NCBI GenBank assembly: GCA_040507985.1
Contig: JBEVNR010000001.1
Location: 16,098 to 80,097 of the forward strand
Length of the DNA: 64,000 nt
Source of the DNA: Rickettsiales bacterium
GTDB lineage: Bacteria; Pseudomonadota; Alphaproteobacteria; Rickettsiales; UBA6187
Reading direction: 5' to 3'
Below, piece by piece: positions 40,991 through 50,884 of this stretch; the first letter of the stretch is position 1; each line of letters begins with the position of its first letter. The notes beneath the pieces are model-generated. The model was not told where the DNA came from. It saw only the letters and a program-made list of their open reading frames with translations, and ran no database searches. The position numbers and the translations under genes were made by a program.

Positions 40991-41725
40991 TTGTCGCTCG
41001 TGGACAAAGGAAAGCCTGACGTCGCATCTTTCGCCCTTCCCCCGCACCTATTGGCGGTGGACGACGACGACGGGCTGCGAGAGTTGCTCGCGGAATATCT
41101 GCGCCGCGAGGGCTATGTCGTCGGCATGGCGCGCAGCGCGGACGAGGCGACGAACTATCTCGCTTTTTACCGCGTGGACCTTATCTTGCTGGACGAGAAC
41201 ATGCCGAAAGAGAAGGGAACGGATTTTTTGCGTCGGTTGCGCAAGGGCGAAGGCGTTCCGGTCATCATGCTAACCGCCAACAACGAAACGCACGACCGCA
41301 TCGCGGGGCTGGAGGCGGGAGCGGACGACTACGTCGCCAAACCCTTCGCTCCCAAGGAGCTTTCCCTCAGAATCGCGCGGCTGCTCGAAAGATCGGCGTC
41401 CCCGCGCCATGCGAACGACGCAAGCGACGCGCATTACGTCGAGATAGGGCGCTACCGGTTTACGCCCGCCACGAACGCCTTGGCGTTGGACGGAAACGAC
41501 GTCGCGCTCGGCGAACGCGACAGAACCTTACTCGCGCTTCTCGCCGAAAGCGGAGGCGCGCCCGTCGCGCGAGAGGAGCTTGCGCGGCGATGCGGGATTA
41601 ACGAGCGCTCGGTCGACGTCGGCGTCGCCCGGCTTCGCGCCAAGCTTGAGCCTGATCCCAAAAAGCCGATCTTATTGCAAACCGTGCGCGGGGCGGGTTA
41701 CGTGCTGCGCCAACGGATGCGTTAA
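40991..41725 (+). CDS. OmpR-family two-component response regulator
   Basis: Receiver domain (LLAVDDDDGLRELL...DLILLDENMP...VIMLTA...KPF) and a winged-helix output domain (TVRGAGYVL). It starts (TTG, or GTG at 41000) 1-10 nt after the virB9 stop. Confidence 0.9.
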   Translation: MSLVDKGKPDVASFALPPHLLAVDDDDGLRELLAEYLRREGYVVGMARSADEATNYLAFYRVDLILLDENMPKEKGTDFLRRLRKGEGVPVIMLTANNETHDRIAGLEAGADDYVAKPFAPKELSLRIARLLERSASPRHANDASDAHYVEIGRYRFTPATNALALDGNDVALGERDRTLLALLAESGGAPVAREELARRCGINERSVDVGVARLRAKLEPDPKKPILLQTVRGAGYVLRQRMR

Positions 41726-41742
41726 GAGGTTCCGACGTCGAC

Positions 41743-43149
41743 CTATGGGTGCGTGGCGCGTATCGCCTCGGTCACGTCGACGACGAAACGGGGGAAGCGG
41801 ACCGGCAAATCTCCCCAAATCGACGCGCGCCCGGCAAACTCCGCTTCCTTTCCAAGGGCCAATAACGGTTTAAGTTCGTCAAACGAGGGATCGACGTAAG
41901 GAATGGCCGCGTTCCCTTCCGCGACGCGACGCATAAATGCATACCACGCCGCCGCGACGGCAATGGCGCAACGGGGAACGGCGCCCGCTTCGTACCGGGC
42001 GACCATAGTGGGGCGAACGAAAATGGCAATTTTATTTGCGCCGTCCATGCAAATGCGCTCCACCGCGTCGGCGATATGCGGGTTAAGAAATCGGTTTTTT
42101 ATCGACGCGACGTAAGAAGCGAGGTCGAGGGGAGATTCCTTCAATCCGGGAACGGCGTCTTCCCGCTCGTAGGCGTCAAAAAAAGCGCTTAGCTCCGGAT
42201 CGCGCAATGCCGTTCCGAAATTCGAATATCCTTTCAGCGCAGCCAAATAGGCGACGCAGCTATGGCCGCCGTTAAGAAGCCGTATTTTCGCCTCTTCGTA
42301 AGGGGCGACGTTCGGGACGAATTCGGCGCCGGCCGCATCGAGGGGAGGACGTTCCGCCGCAAAGGCGTCTTCTATCACCCATTGGGAAAAATCTTCGGAA
42401 AATACCGAAAAATCATCTTTTATGCCGAAAAGTTCCTCTATTTCATGCGAAAGCGCGTCGGTCGGGCGCGGGGTGATGCGATCGACCATGGCGCAAGGAA
42501 AGCTCGCCTTTGTCTTTACCCATTCGAGCAAGGCGTCGTCTTTTGCGGCGGAAAGATAGGCGAGAAAGTTGCGTCGCAAAATTTTTCCGTTTTCGCGCAA
42601 ATTATCGCAACACATGATCGTCACGGCGGCGCCGTCCGCCTCCATGCGCGCCCTCAACCCCGCGCGAAGAAATCCGTAAATCGTGGATTGAGGCCCTCCG
42701 GCGAGTTCGTCCGCTATTTCCTTTCGCGCGACGTCGAGCGAGCCGTCGCTCGCCATGTAATACCCGCTCTCCGTGACCGTCGCCGACACGACATGGACGG
42801 ACGGAAGCGCGAGGAGACGATGCGCCTCCGTCGACGCCGTGGCATGATCGATGACGCGAATCAGCGACCTTACGAGGCGATATTCCGTTTTTCCCTCGAA
42901 AGACACGGTTTTCAAGACATATTCTCCGTTTCTTTTTCGCAAGCGCTCCGTCTCCGGCGATTGTGCCGCGCGTACGTTGACGCCGGCGACGCCCCACCGC
43001 AAATCTCCGGTTTTTTCCATAAGCGAATCGTAATAGGCCGCCTGATGCGAGCGGTGAAACGCGCTTATGCCAACGTGAACCACGCCGAGGACGACGTCTT
43101 CCCGGCGATAGGAAGAACGGGCGAGCTTTATGTTTTGCGAGTTAGGCAT
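41743..43149 (-). CDS. mannitol dehydrogenase family oxidoreductase (long-chain polyol/mannonate dehydrogenase)
   Basis: 468 aa. N-terminal VHVGISAFHRSHQAAYYD Rossmann/signature region and family-typical length. Substrate not assignable. Confidence 0.82.
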   Translation of the reverse strand: MPNSQNIKLARSSYRREDVVLGVVHVGISAFHRSHQAAYYDSLMEKTGDLRWGVAGVNVRAAQSPETERLRKRNGEYVLKTVSFEGKTEYRLVRSLIRVIDHATASTEAHRLLALPSVHVVSATVTESGYYMASDGSLDVARKEIADELAGGPQSTIYGFLRAGLRARMEADGAAVTIMCCDNLRENGKILRRNFLAYLSAAKDDALLEWVKTKASFPCAMVDRITPRPTDALSHEIEELFGIKDDFSVFSEDFSQWVIEDAFAAERPPLDAAGAEFVPNVAPYEEAKIRLLNGGHSCVAYLAALKGYSNFGTALRDPELSAFFDAYEREDAVPGLKESPLDLASYVASIKNRFLNPHIADAVERICMDGANKIAIFVRPTMVARYEAGAVPRCAIAVAAAWYAFMRRVAEGNAAIPYVDPSFDELKPLLALGKEAEFAGRASIWGDLPVRFPRFVVDVTEAIRATHP

Positions 43150-43347
43150 AAGACGATCCGATGAGGCGACTGGAAGGCGTAAGAACGTTTACCATACGCG
43201 AAAACGGATGCGACGGCAAGGCAAGCCGTTACGTTCACAGGGTAAAGAGCAGGGTGAAAACCGTTAATTTTTTCTTCTTCGTCATCCCCGCGCGAATCAT
43301 GGCAGATGGCCACATGAGGGCGCTCGGATGGCGGAAAAAGCTAAGCC

Positions 43348-45168
43348 CTAAGAACCGTTCCCTTCGCGCAGCGCGGCGTTCACGCGAAATTTTTTAAGGG
43401 GACGCTCCGTGGGGCGACTTTCCCCTTTCTCTTCTCCTGCCGGAAGGGAGGCGGTTTTTTCCTCCTTTGCCTCCATCATTTTAAGCGTAATTCCCGAAAA
43501 CGCCTTGCCATCGGAAAGGGCGCTCATGAAGGCCAGAATATCTGCGTCGTCATAGGCGTTTCCCTTCAGTTCCACCGAACGGGGAAAGCGATACTCGAAG
43601 CTATCCAGCCACACGCCGGCGGGAATGACGGCGTTCACGTCGTCCAGCGCGCGCATGACGTGCGATTGGTTTAAGGGCAGGGAATCCGGCAAGGCGTGAA
43701 TTTCCTTTAGCTTCCCCGTCACGCCGGTTAATTCCTTCGCGCGCGCCAGTTTTTGGTCATAGCCGGCCGACAGGCGCTTCGCCTCTTCCAGATCGGACGC
43801 CACGCGCATTTTTTGCGTCCACATGCCCAGCGTCAAGGCGGCGAGCGTCGATCCGACGGCAAGCGCGAGGACGGAGGCGGCAAGAAATCCCTTGCGGCGG
43901 AGGGTTACGGCCTCTCCCGTCTCCTTCGCATACGGATAAAGGTTGAGTGCCCCCATATCCCGATACGGGTGCGACGCCTTGCCGAGAAGCGTTCGCCCCG
44001 CGATCAACGTGACCGCCGCATCGGAGGAAAAAGCGGCGGCGGCGGAACAATCATCAAGCGGCGCGATTTTATAACCATCGGGCGAATCCTGCCTTTGGAC
44101 GGCGTATAAACGCACCTCAGGCAAGGCGTCGCGTAATTTTTCGACGAAGGACGGCGCGAGCGGCACGCAGGAAGAAACGAGCGCGCGCACGGGGAAGCCG
44201 CTTCCCGACGCCGCCTGAATTTCCATGGTCGCCCGACGAAATTCGTCGGCGTAGCGCCCGGCGACGCTTTCCATAATGTGCGCGTCGCCGCCCGAAAGCG
44301 CGACCCTGTCCCAATCGCTGATGACGATTTCCTTATGGACGGGCAATCCGTTATGCGCGACGATGACGTGGTTTTCCTCCGGCCCTATCTGCATGACGGC
44401 GGACGGAGACGCATCGGAAGCGTCTATCTGCGTTGCCAACCGCATGAGCGCCGCCTCCCGCACGTCGAAGAGCGCCGGACGCAACCCGGCCCGGGCGAGG
44501 ACGTCTTCAAAAAACGCTCCGGCGTCGCGCCGATAGCCCGAAAACAACAGCTCCATCGCGTCATGTTCGGCGTTGCGGGAAACGACGTCGTAACATAGGC
44601 GGTAATGCTCAAGGTCCACGTCTTTTGCCAAGGCGTTCCGCCAAAAGTCGGGACTCGCCGACGCCATGTCTTTCAACGCTTCGCCGTTCATGTTACGAAA
44701 CGACGCGCGCCCGAGCGCCGACGCCGACATGGGAAGCGCCAGCGCCACCAGATTATGGGGCGCGTTAAGCGCCTTGGCGCCGGCCCTTAGCGCGGCAACG
44801 ACGTCGCCCTTACGTTCGGCCAGTTCCTCCCACGTCGCACAATCCCGCAAAGGACGCTCGACGTAGCGCGTTTTTCCCCTGCCGCGACGGCACATCCGCA
44901 CGTAACGGGGCGTTATCTCCACGCCGATCAACGACAAATGTGATAACTGGCGCGCCTTGCGTCCGCCGGCGCTTTCCGACGGAGCGGGTACATACGGGCA
45001 GAAATGCGGCAGCGACGTCGGAGGAAAAATGGCAACGACGTCCGCCGGAGAGGAAGGAAGCGCCGCGAGCATCGTCTCGGCGGCGTTTTCGTGAACGGTA
45101 AAATCATACTCCCGTTCCGTTTCGCCCCCTAAAAAATTATCGTGGGGCGGAAAATAATCATGGGTCAT
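43348..45168 (-). CDS. PilM-PilN-like fusion protein (GspL-like architecture)
   Basis: 606 aa. The N-terminal ~400 aa have a PilM-like actin-ATPase-fold pattern (LIGVEITPRYVRMCR ... VMQIGPEENHVIVAHNG). Then one TM (FLAASVLALAVGSTLAALTLGMW), a coiled segment, and a PilN/GspL-type periplasmic domain (VIPAGVWLDSFEYRFPRSVELKGNAYDDADILAFMSALSDGKAFSGITL). Confidence 0.55.
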   Translation of the reverse strand: MTHDYFPPHDNFLGGETEREYDFTVHENAAETMLAALPSSPADVVAIFPPTSLPHFCPYVPAPSESAGGRKARQLSHLSLIGVEITPRYVRMCRRGRGKTRYVERPLRDCATWEELAERKGDVVAALRAGAKALNAPHNLVALALPMSASALGRASFRNMNGEALKDMASASPDFWRNALAKDVDLEHYRLCYDVVSRNAEHDAMELLFSGYRRDAGAFFEDVLARAGLRPALFDVREAALMRLATQIDASDASPSAVMQIGPEENHVIVAHNGLPVHKEIVISDWDRVALSGGDAHIMESVAGRYADEFRRATMEIQAASGSGFPVRALVSSCVPLAPSFVEKLRDALPEVRLYAVQRQDSPDGYKIAPLDDCSAAAAFSSDAAVTLIAGRTLLGKASHPYRDMGALNLYPYAKETGEAVTLRRKGFLAASVLALAVGSTLAALTLGMWTQKMRVASDLEEAKRLSAGYDQKLARAKELTGVTGKLKEIHALPDSLPLNQSHVMRALDDVNAVIPAGVWLDSFEYRFPRSVELKGNAYDDADILAFMSALSDGKAFSGITLKMMEAKEEKTASLPAGEEKGESRPTERPLKKFRVNAALREGNGS

Positions 45169-45463
45169 AATGATGCACTAACGGGTGATCGTTCGGCGCC
45201 GCACTACAAGCGAACCGAAATAGGGAATATAATAATGAATAAGTATTATTTTATTAATAAGATTTTGCATCTATGGCGAGAAATATTCAGGGTATATACG
45301 TGCTATTTTTTGCGTAGCTACCATAGGCGCTTGTACCCCAATGGTTGAAAACATCCCCTAAAAAGATAAATTTTTTAATTTATATCGAAAAAATTAATAA
45401 CATAACTCATATTATGAGATTAATAACGATAATCATAAATTTTCCGTTGGATAACATACCCGT

Positions 45464-46402
45464 ATGGAACAATCTGCGCTTCTCGACGCCCCGTGCGCGG
45501 TCACGGCGGAACGCTTATACGAACAATTATTGCTCATACGCTCGATTGAGGCGCGCATGGACGAATTGCGCGTCGCCCACGGAAGCGGCGACTTCATGGC
45601 GCGCGTTTCCTCCGGGTGGGACGCCTTCGTCGCTCCCGTATGCGCGGCAATGGATCGGGAAGATGCGGCGTCGTGCGCCGACAGCCCCTATTCCGCCTAT
45701 GTGGCGCGGGGAGGTGACGTGGCGCGGCTGATGACGGAAATGCTGCATGCCTATGCTTTCGCATTCGACCGGGAAGAAGAAGGGAATGCGGCGTCGAAGG
45801 CGGGATGCGACGCCCACCCTTTTCGCGCGACGTCGGCAAAAGAGCTGGCGACGGGAGCGACGACGCAAAAAACGGGCGGCGTTACCGTTTTTTTCGCGTC
45901 GGACAAAGAAACGTCTCCCAAAGATTTGCGCGGCGCCGCAGACGCGTATCGCGCGGCGGGAAAAAAATTTCTGACGTATTACTACGTGACGGAGCGTAAC
46001 GACGCGGCGGCGCAAGAGGCGTTTTCCTCGTCATGCCGAAGCGAGGCGTTACGTCAAGGCGGGCCGCTCGGACTCTATGCGGAGGCGAAGGGACATTTAA
46101 AGGCGCTGCGCGACGGAGAAACGCCCTGCGTCGTGTCGTGCGTCGCCGCGCTTCCTCAACGGGGAAGCCGGGCGCCGTCGTTGGAAAGAAACGACGCCAC
46201 GTCGTGCTTTTATCGTTGGCAAGCGCGCGATCCTCTGGCCTCCCTTGCCGCCTCCCTTTCTCCGGAGGCGTTGAAGGACGTTATTTTTCGCGTGCAAGAC
46301 AAGGTGCGCGACGCGGAACGCATTGCGGGAACGGCGTCCGTCATTCCCTATTTTCGTCACGGCGCGCGCCCGTCGCTTAGCGGAGCGCAATCCTTTCGCT
46401 GA
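45464..46402 (+). CDS. degenerate 2-oxoacid dehydrogenase E1 alpha-like protein (catalytic motifs lost)
   Basis: 312 aa, colinear by eye with PDH/BCKDH E1-alpha. LYEQLLLIRSIEARMDEL matches the LLLRRFEE region. FFASDKETS sits where FLGDGAxNQG is expected. YYYVTERND sits where IIENNxY is expected. RGSRAPS...ARDPL sits where RGHSxSDP...RDP is expected. Confidence 0.5.
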   Translation: MEQSALLDAPCAVTAERLYEQLLLIRSIEARMDELRVAHGSGDFMARVSSGWDAFVAPVCAAMDREDAASCADSPYSAYVARGGDVARLMTEMLHAYAFAFDREEEGNAASKAGCDAHPFRATSAKELATGATTQKTGGVTVFFASDKETSPKDLRGAADAYRAAGKKFLTYYYVTERNDAAAQEAFSSSCRSEALRQGGPLGLYAEAKGHLKALRDGETPCVVSCVAALPQRGSRAPSLERNDATSCFYRWQARDPLASLAASLSPEALKDVIFRVQDKVRDAERIAGTASVIPYFRHGARPSLSGAQSFR

Positions 46403-46408
46403 AAAGTC

Positions 46409-48202
46409 TCATTCGGACGTCACGGCATGGGAGCGGCGCACGTAATCGCCCGGGGCCGGCGCCAACGATTCCGCGTTTTCCCTGGCGGGCCGAACGTCTT
46501 CCCCCATGAGTTCGCGTTGCCATTTTTCCCAGTTTTCCCACCACGACCCGGCGCGCTCCACGGCTTTCGCCGCCCATTCTTCCGCCGTTTTTACTTCCGA
46601 AGGCGACGTGGCATAGCCATATTTTTGTTTGGCGGGAGGGTTGATGACGCCGGCCACGTGGCCCGATCCGGCAAGCACGAACGTGACGGAAGACTCAAGA
46701 AGCAATTTGCAGCCGTTAAACACCGCTTGCCAGGGCGCGATATGGTCCTCCTTCGCCGCCAGAAAATAGGAGGGAACGGAAATGGCGCCTAAATCCATCG
46801 GCGTTCCCGCCAGGGAAAGGGCGTTCGGCGCCATCAGTTTGTTATCGACGTACATGTTCTTTAGGTAGAAGGAATGCATGGCCGCCGGCAGGTTGGTGAC
46901 GTCGGCGTTCCAATGCAAAATGTCGAACGGGGCCGGCTCCTTTCCCAGCAAATAGTTGTTGACGACGAAATTCCATATCAAGTCGTTGGCGCGAATCAGG
47001 CTGAAGATGTTGGCCATCGCCTTGCCGTCCATCAGACCGCCGCTGCGCAGCATTTGCGACTCGATGCGCCGCACCTTGTCGGCGTCGAGAAACACCGAAA
47101 AATCTCCCGTATCCGAAAAATCGAGCAAGGTGGTGAGGAAGGAGGCGGAGAGCGCCTCGTGCGCGCGTCCTTTTTTTGCCAAATAGGCCATTAAACAGGC
47201 GAGCAACGTTCCCCCCAGACAATATCCCATCAGGGCGGCACGTTTTGATCCGCTATGTTTCCGCACGAAATCAAGCGCGGCCAAGGCGCCGTCGATTAAG
47301 TAGTCGTCGAACGTCACCCCGGCCATGCGCGCGTCCGGGTTGGCCCACGATATGACGTACACGTCGAATCCGCGCTCGACGCACCACCGGACGAAGGACT
47401 TGTCTTCCGACAAGTCGAAAATATAGTATTTGTTGATCCATGCGGGAATCAGCAGCAGCGGAACGGCGGCCACCGTCGGGCCTTTGGGCTTGTAGCGAAT
47501 GATTTCCATCAGGTAATTGCGATACACCACGTCGCCGGGCGAGATGGCAATGTTTTTTCCCGGCGTAAAGGCGTTCGGGGGAGAGAGGTTGATGTGAAAA
47601 TGCCTGTCGGTGGCGCGCAGGTCGCCCAGCATGTTCTCCATGCCCTTCACCAGGCTTGCGCCGTGGCTGGCGATGAATTCGCGCATCGCGGCGGGATTCG
47701 TCGCGACGAAATTGCTGGGACTGATCGCCTCTAAATATTGGCTTACGTAAAAATCGTAGCGGCGACGCATTTTTTCGTCGTCTCCGCATAGGCCGTAGGC
47801 CCATTCGCGCATGCTTTCGCAGCCGCGCAAATACATGTGCCGCAACCCGGCGAAAAAAGGATTGGCGCTCCATTCCTCGTCCGAAAAACGTCGGTCGCGC
47901 CGTTCGTAAGAAAAAGGAAAGGCGACGTCGGCGCCAAGCGCGCGCTCATACGAGACGCGCGCTATCTCCATCCAATCGCACCATAATTCCATGCCGTGGC
48001 GCAGCCATTCTTCGGGACGAGAGGCGGCGTCCATCCATATTTTTTCCCACACCTTGCCGAAATCCTCCGCAAAGGGCGACGGCTCGCCCTCTCCCTTCGC
48101 GGCGATGCGCTGCCATTCCATCGCGACGAGGTGCGAGAGTTCGGCGATGCGCGACATATTTTCCGCCCATATGTCGTAGGGCATCTTGCGTTCGGACGTC
48201 AT
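46409..48202 (-). CDS. phaC: class I poly(3-hydroxyalkanoate) synthase
   Basis: 597 aa with the lipase-box GYCLGG (active-site Cys) and PhaC N-terminal domain features. Confidence 0.93.
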   Translation of the reverse strand: MTSERKMPYDIWAENMSRIAELSHLVAMEWQRIAAKGEGEPSPFAEDFGKVWEKIWMDAASRPEEWLRHGMELWCDWMEIARVSYERALGADVAFPFSYERRDRRFSDEEWSANPFFAGLRHMYLRGCESMREWAYGLCGDDEKMRRRYDFYVSQYLEAISPSNFVATNPAAMREFIASHGASLVKGMENMLGDLRATDRHFHINLSPPNAFTPGKNIAISPGDVVYRNYLMEIIRYKPKGPTVAAVPLLLIPAWINKYYIFDLSEDKSFVRWCVERGFDVYVISWANPDARMAGVTFDDYLIDGALAALDFVRKHSGSKRAALMGYCLGGTLLACLMAYLAKKGRAHEALSASFLTTLLDFSDTGDFSVFLDADKVRRIESQMLRSGGLMDGKAMANIFSLIRANDLIWNFVVNNYLLGKEPAPFDILHWNADVTNLPAAMHSFYLKNMYVDNKLMAPNALSLAGTPMDLGAISVPSYFLAAKEDHIAPWQAVFNGCKLLLESSVTFVLAGSGHVAGVINPPAKQKYGYATSPSEVKTAEEWAAKAVERAGSWWENWEKWQRELMGEDVRPARENAESLAPAPGDYVRRSHAVTSE

Positions 48203-48251
48203 CGGCTTTTCCGTTCCGTATCGTATTTAAGCGTTGCCGCCTTGCGTTAGC

Positions 48252-50057
48252 CTAATACACCCTCTTCTTTAGCGGTATCGCCTCCACCTCGTTGGTAAGG
48301 GTGGTGAGGCAGACGGGGCGGTAATCTAAGGAAACGTTGCCGGCGTCGGTGACGCGGGCGAGCGTGTGTTTCAGCCAGTTTTTGTCGTCGCGGTCCGGGT
48401 AGTCCTCCCGCGCTTGCGCCCCCCGGCTTTCGGTGCGGGCGAGCGCGCCTTCGATGGTGACGAGGGCCTGGCCGCGCAGATTGTCCAACTCCAGCGTTTC
48501 CACCAGGTCGCTGTTCCAAATGAGTCCGCGATCGGTGACGGAGACGTCCTTGAAGTTCTTGTAGCATTCGCGTACTTTTTCCACGCCTTCCGCCAGCGTT
48601 TTGTGCGTGCGATACACCGCCGCATGGTTTTGCATGGCTTTTTGCATGGTAAGCCGCAATTCCGCCGTAGGCGTCGCCCCCTTGGCGTGGCGGAGATTGT
48701 CGAAACGCGTGAGCGCCTTGTCGGTCGCCGCTTGGGGCGCAACGGCATGTTTTTGCTTCGGTTTTAATAGTTGCGCGGCGCGGATGGCGGCGGCGCGGCC
48801 AAACACCACCAGATCAAGCAGCGAGTTCGATCCCAGTCGGTTGGCGCCGTGCACCGATACGCACGCCGCCTCGCCAATGGCCATTAAGCCTTTGACCGTT
48901 GCATCTTTCCCTTTGTCGCGCGCGATCGCCTCGCAATAATAATTGGTGGGCACGCCGCCCATATTGTAATGCACCGTGGGGAGGACGGGAATCGGCTGGC
49001 GCGTCACGTCCACGCCGGCGAAGGTTTTGGCCGTCTCCGCGATGCCGGGCAGGCGCTCATGAATCACTTCGGGAGCCAAATGGTCGAGATGGAGGAAAAT
49101 ATGGTCCTTGTTTTTACCGACGCCGCGCCCTTCGTTTATCTCCACCGTCATCGCGCGCGAGACGACGTCGCGCGACGCCAGGTCTTTCGCCGATGGGGCG
49201 TAGCGCTCCATAAAGCGTTCGCCCTCGCCGTTGACGAGGTAGCCGCCCTCGCCGCGCACCCCTTCGGTAATCAGGCAGCCGGCGCCGTATATGCCGGTGG
49301 GGTGGAATTGCACGAATTCCATGTCTTGCAGCGGCAGCCCCGCGCGCAGCGCCATGCCGCCCCCGTCGCCGGTGCAGGTATGGGCGGACGTGCAGGAGAA
49401 ATAGGCGCGTCCGTAGCCGCCCGTCGCGAGTATGGTAAGCCCGGCGTTGAAGCGATGCAAGGTGCCGTCGTCCAGATTCCACGCCAGCACGCCGCAACAT
49501 TCCCCGGCCTCGTTCATCAGCAGGTCTATCGCGAAATATTCCACGAAAAACGACGCGTTATGCTTGAGCGATTGCGTGTATAAGGTGTGCAGAATGGCGT
49601 GGCCGGTGCGGTCCGCCGCCGCGCAGGTGCGCTGCGCCGCCTTGCCTTGCCCGTATTCGGTCGTCATGCCGCCGAAGGGACGTTGATAGATTTTCCCCTC
49701 TTTCGTGCGCGAAAACGGCACGCCGTAATGTTCCAGCTCGATAATGGCGCGCGGAGCCTCCTTGCACATATATTCGATGGCGTCCTGGTCGCCCAGCCAG
49801 TCCGATCCTTTTACCGTGTCGTACATGTGCCAGCGCCAATCGTCGGGACCCATATTGCCCAGCGCGGCGCTGATGCCGCCTTGCGCCGCCACCGTATGGC
49901 TGCGCGTAGGAAAGACTTTCGTCACGCAGGCGACGGACAGCCCGGCTTCGGCGATTCCCAAAATCGCGCGCAGCCCGGCGCCGCCGGCGCCGACGACGAC
50001 GACGTCGTTATAATGGTCGTGAACGGGATAGGCGTCGGTAGGCATGCATATATCCAA
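48252..50057 (-). CDS. sdhA: succinate dehydrogenase flavoprotein subunit
   Basis: 601 aa. FAD fold [13 protein letters not shown], covalent-FAD His region [11 protein letters not shown], and HPTG. Confidence 0.97.
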   Translation of the reverse strand: MDICMPTDAYPVHDHYNDVVVVGAGGAGLRAILGIAEAGLSVACVTKVFPTRSHTVAAQGGISAALGNMGPDDWRWHMYDTVKGSDWLGDQDAIEYMCKEAPRAIIELEHYGVPFSRTKEGKIYQRPFGGMTTEYGQGKAAQRTCAAADRTGHAILHTLYTQSLKHNASFFVEYFAIDLLMNEAGECCGVLAWNLDDGTLHRFNAGLTILATGGYGRAYFSCTSAHTCTGDGGGMALRAGLPLQDMEFVQFHPTGIYGAGCLITEGVRGEGGYLVNGEGERFMERYAPSAKDLASRDVVSRAMTVEINEGRGVGKNKDHIFLHLDHLAPEVIHERLPGIAETAKTFAGVDVTRQPIPVLPTVHYNMGGVPTNYYCEAIARDKGKDATVKGLMAIGEAACVSVHGANRLGSNSLLDLVVFGRAAAIRAAQLLKPKQKHAVAPQAATDKALTRFDNLRHAKGATPTAELRLTMQKAMQNHAAVYRTHKTLAEGVEKVRECYKNFKDVSVTDRGLIWNSDLVETLELDNLRGQALVTIEGALARTESRGAQAREDYPDRDDKNWLKHTLARVTDAGNVSLDYRPVCLTTLTNEVEAIPLKKRVY

Positions 50058-50063
50058 ATATAT

Positions 50064-50477
50064 CTAAGCGAAAACGGATCCGCCGCCCAAATGCCGGGCG
50101 ACGATAAGGCATATGGCGACGAAAACGGCGGCGCCGAGCGCTAAATTGACGAAACGCACCGTATTTAGCAGCACGAAATGCGCGACCGGGCAACGCACGT
50201 AGTCTTCGATAATCATCTGCATGCCCATGGCGGAATGGTAGAATCCTATGCCGAAAAGCAACACGCCGGCGGCGGCGTCCCACGCGCCGAAAAACATTTC
50301 GTCCGCTCCGCCGTCTCCGTGAGTGACGACGCACAAAAATCGCGCGACCACGTAGAGCACGAGCGGAATAAGCGCGAGGGCGGTTAAGCGTTCGGCCACC
50401 CAATGCGCCGCGCCCCGGCGCTCGGGCGCCCGATTTTTAAATAACGGATGGCGGGGCGAACGGCAATGCTTGTTCAT
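50064..50477 (-). CDS. sdhD: succinate dehydrogenase membrane anchor subunit
   Basis: Three-TM small hydrophobic protein between sdhC and sdhA. I prefer the ATG at 50477, which overlaps the sdhC stop (ATGA); the track ORF extends to 50546. Confidence 0.85.
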   Translation of the reverse strand: MNKHCRSPRHPLFKNRAPERRGAAHWVAERLTALALIPLVLYVVARFLCVVTHGDGGADEMFFGAWDAAAGVLLFGIGFYHSAMGMQMIIEDYVRCPVAHFVLLNTVRFVNLALGAAVFVAICLIVARHLGGGSVFA

Positions 50478-50884
50478 GACGCGGCTCCCAATACGTATAT
50501 CCAGCACCCGACGGTACAAACGATGGAGGCGACGACGACCGCCCATCCGGTTTTATGCATGGCAGGCAACGAAAAGCCTTTTCCCACATCCCAACACAAA
50601 TGGCGTATGCCGTTAAAGAGATGGTAAAAGAGGGAAAACGTCCATCCGAAAAGCAGGATTTTTCCGAAGGCGGACGAGAAAAACGCGGCTATCCATCCGC
50701 CGTTGCCCTCCGGATAAAACGCCGCGCAGCATATCCACAGCGCCGCAAGAACTAAACCGATATAATTCGCGACGCCCGTCATGCGGTGCAGAATGGACAA
50801 CACCGTGCTGATTTGCGGTTTGTAGACGCTTAAATGCGGAGAAAGCGGACGCTTCTCCCGCACGTTATTTCCAAGGGACGGCAT
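50474..50884 (-). CDS. sdhC: succinate dehydrogenase cytochrome b556 subunit
   Basis: 136 aa. RPLSPHLSVYKPQISTVLSILHRMTG is the SdhC signature. Confidence 0.92.
   Translation of the reverse strand: MPSLGNNVREKRPLSPHLSVYKPQISTVLSILHRMTGVANYIGLVLAALWICCAAFYPEGNGGWIAAFFSSAFGKILLFGWTFSLFYHLFNGIRHLCWDVGKGFSLPAMHKTGWAVVVASIVCTVGCWIYVLGAAS

Noticed and set aside
50478-50546. Longer sdhD ORF start at 50546
   Set aside because: The extension overlaps the sdhC coding end. The ATG at 50477 gives the usual ATGA coupling and the expected size.
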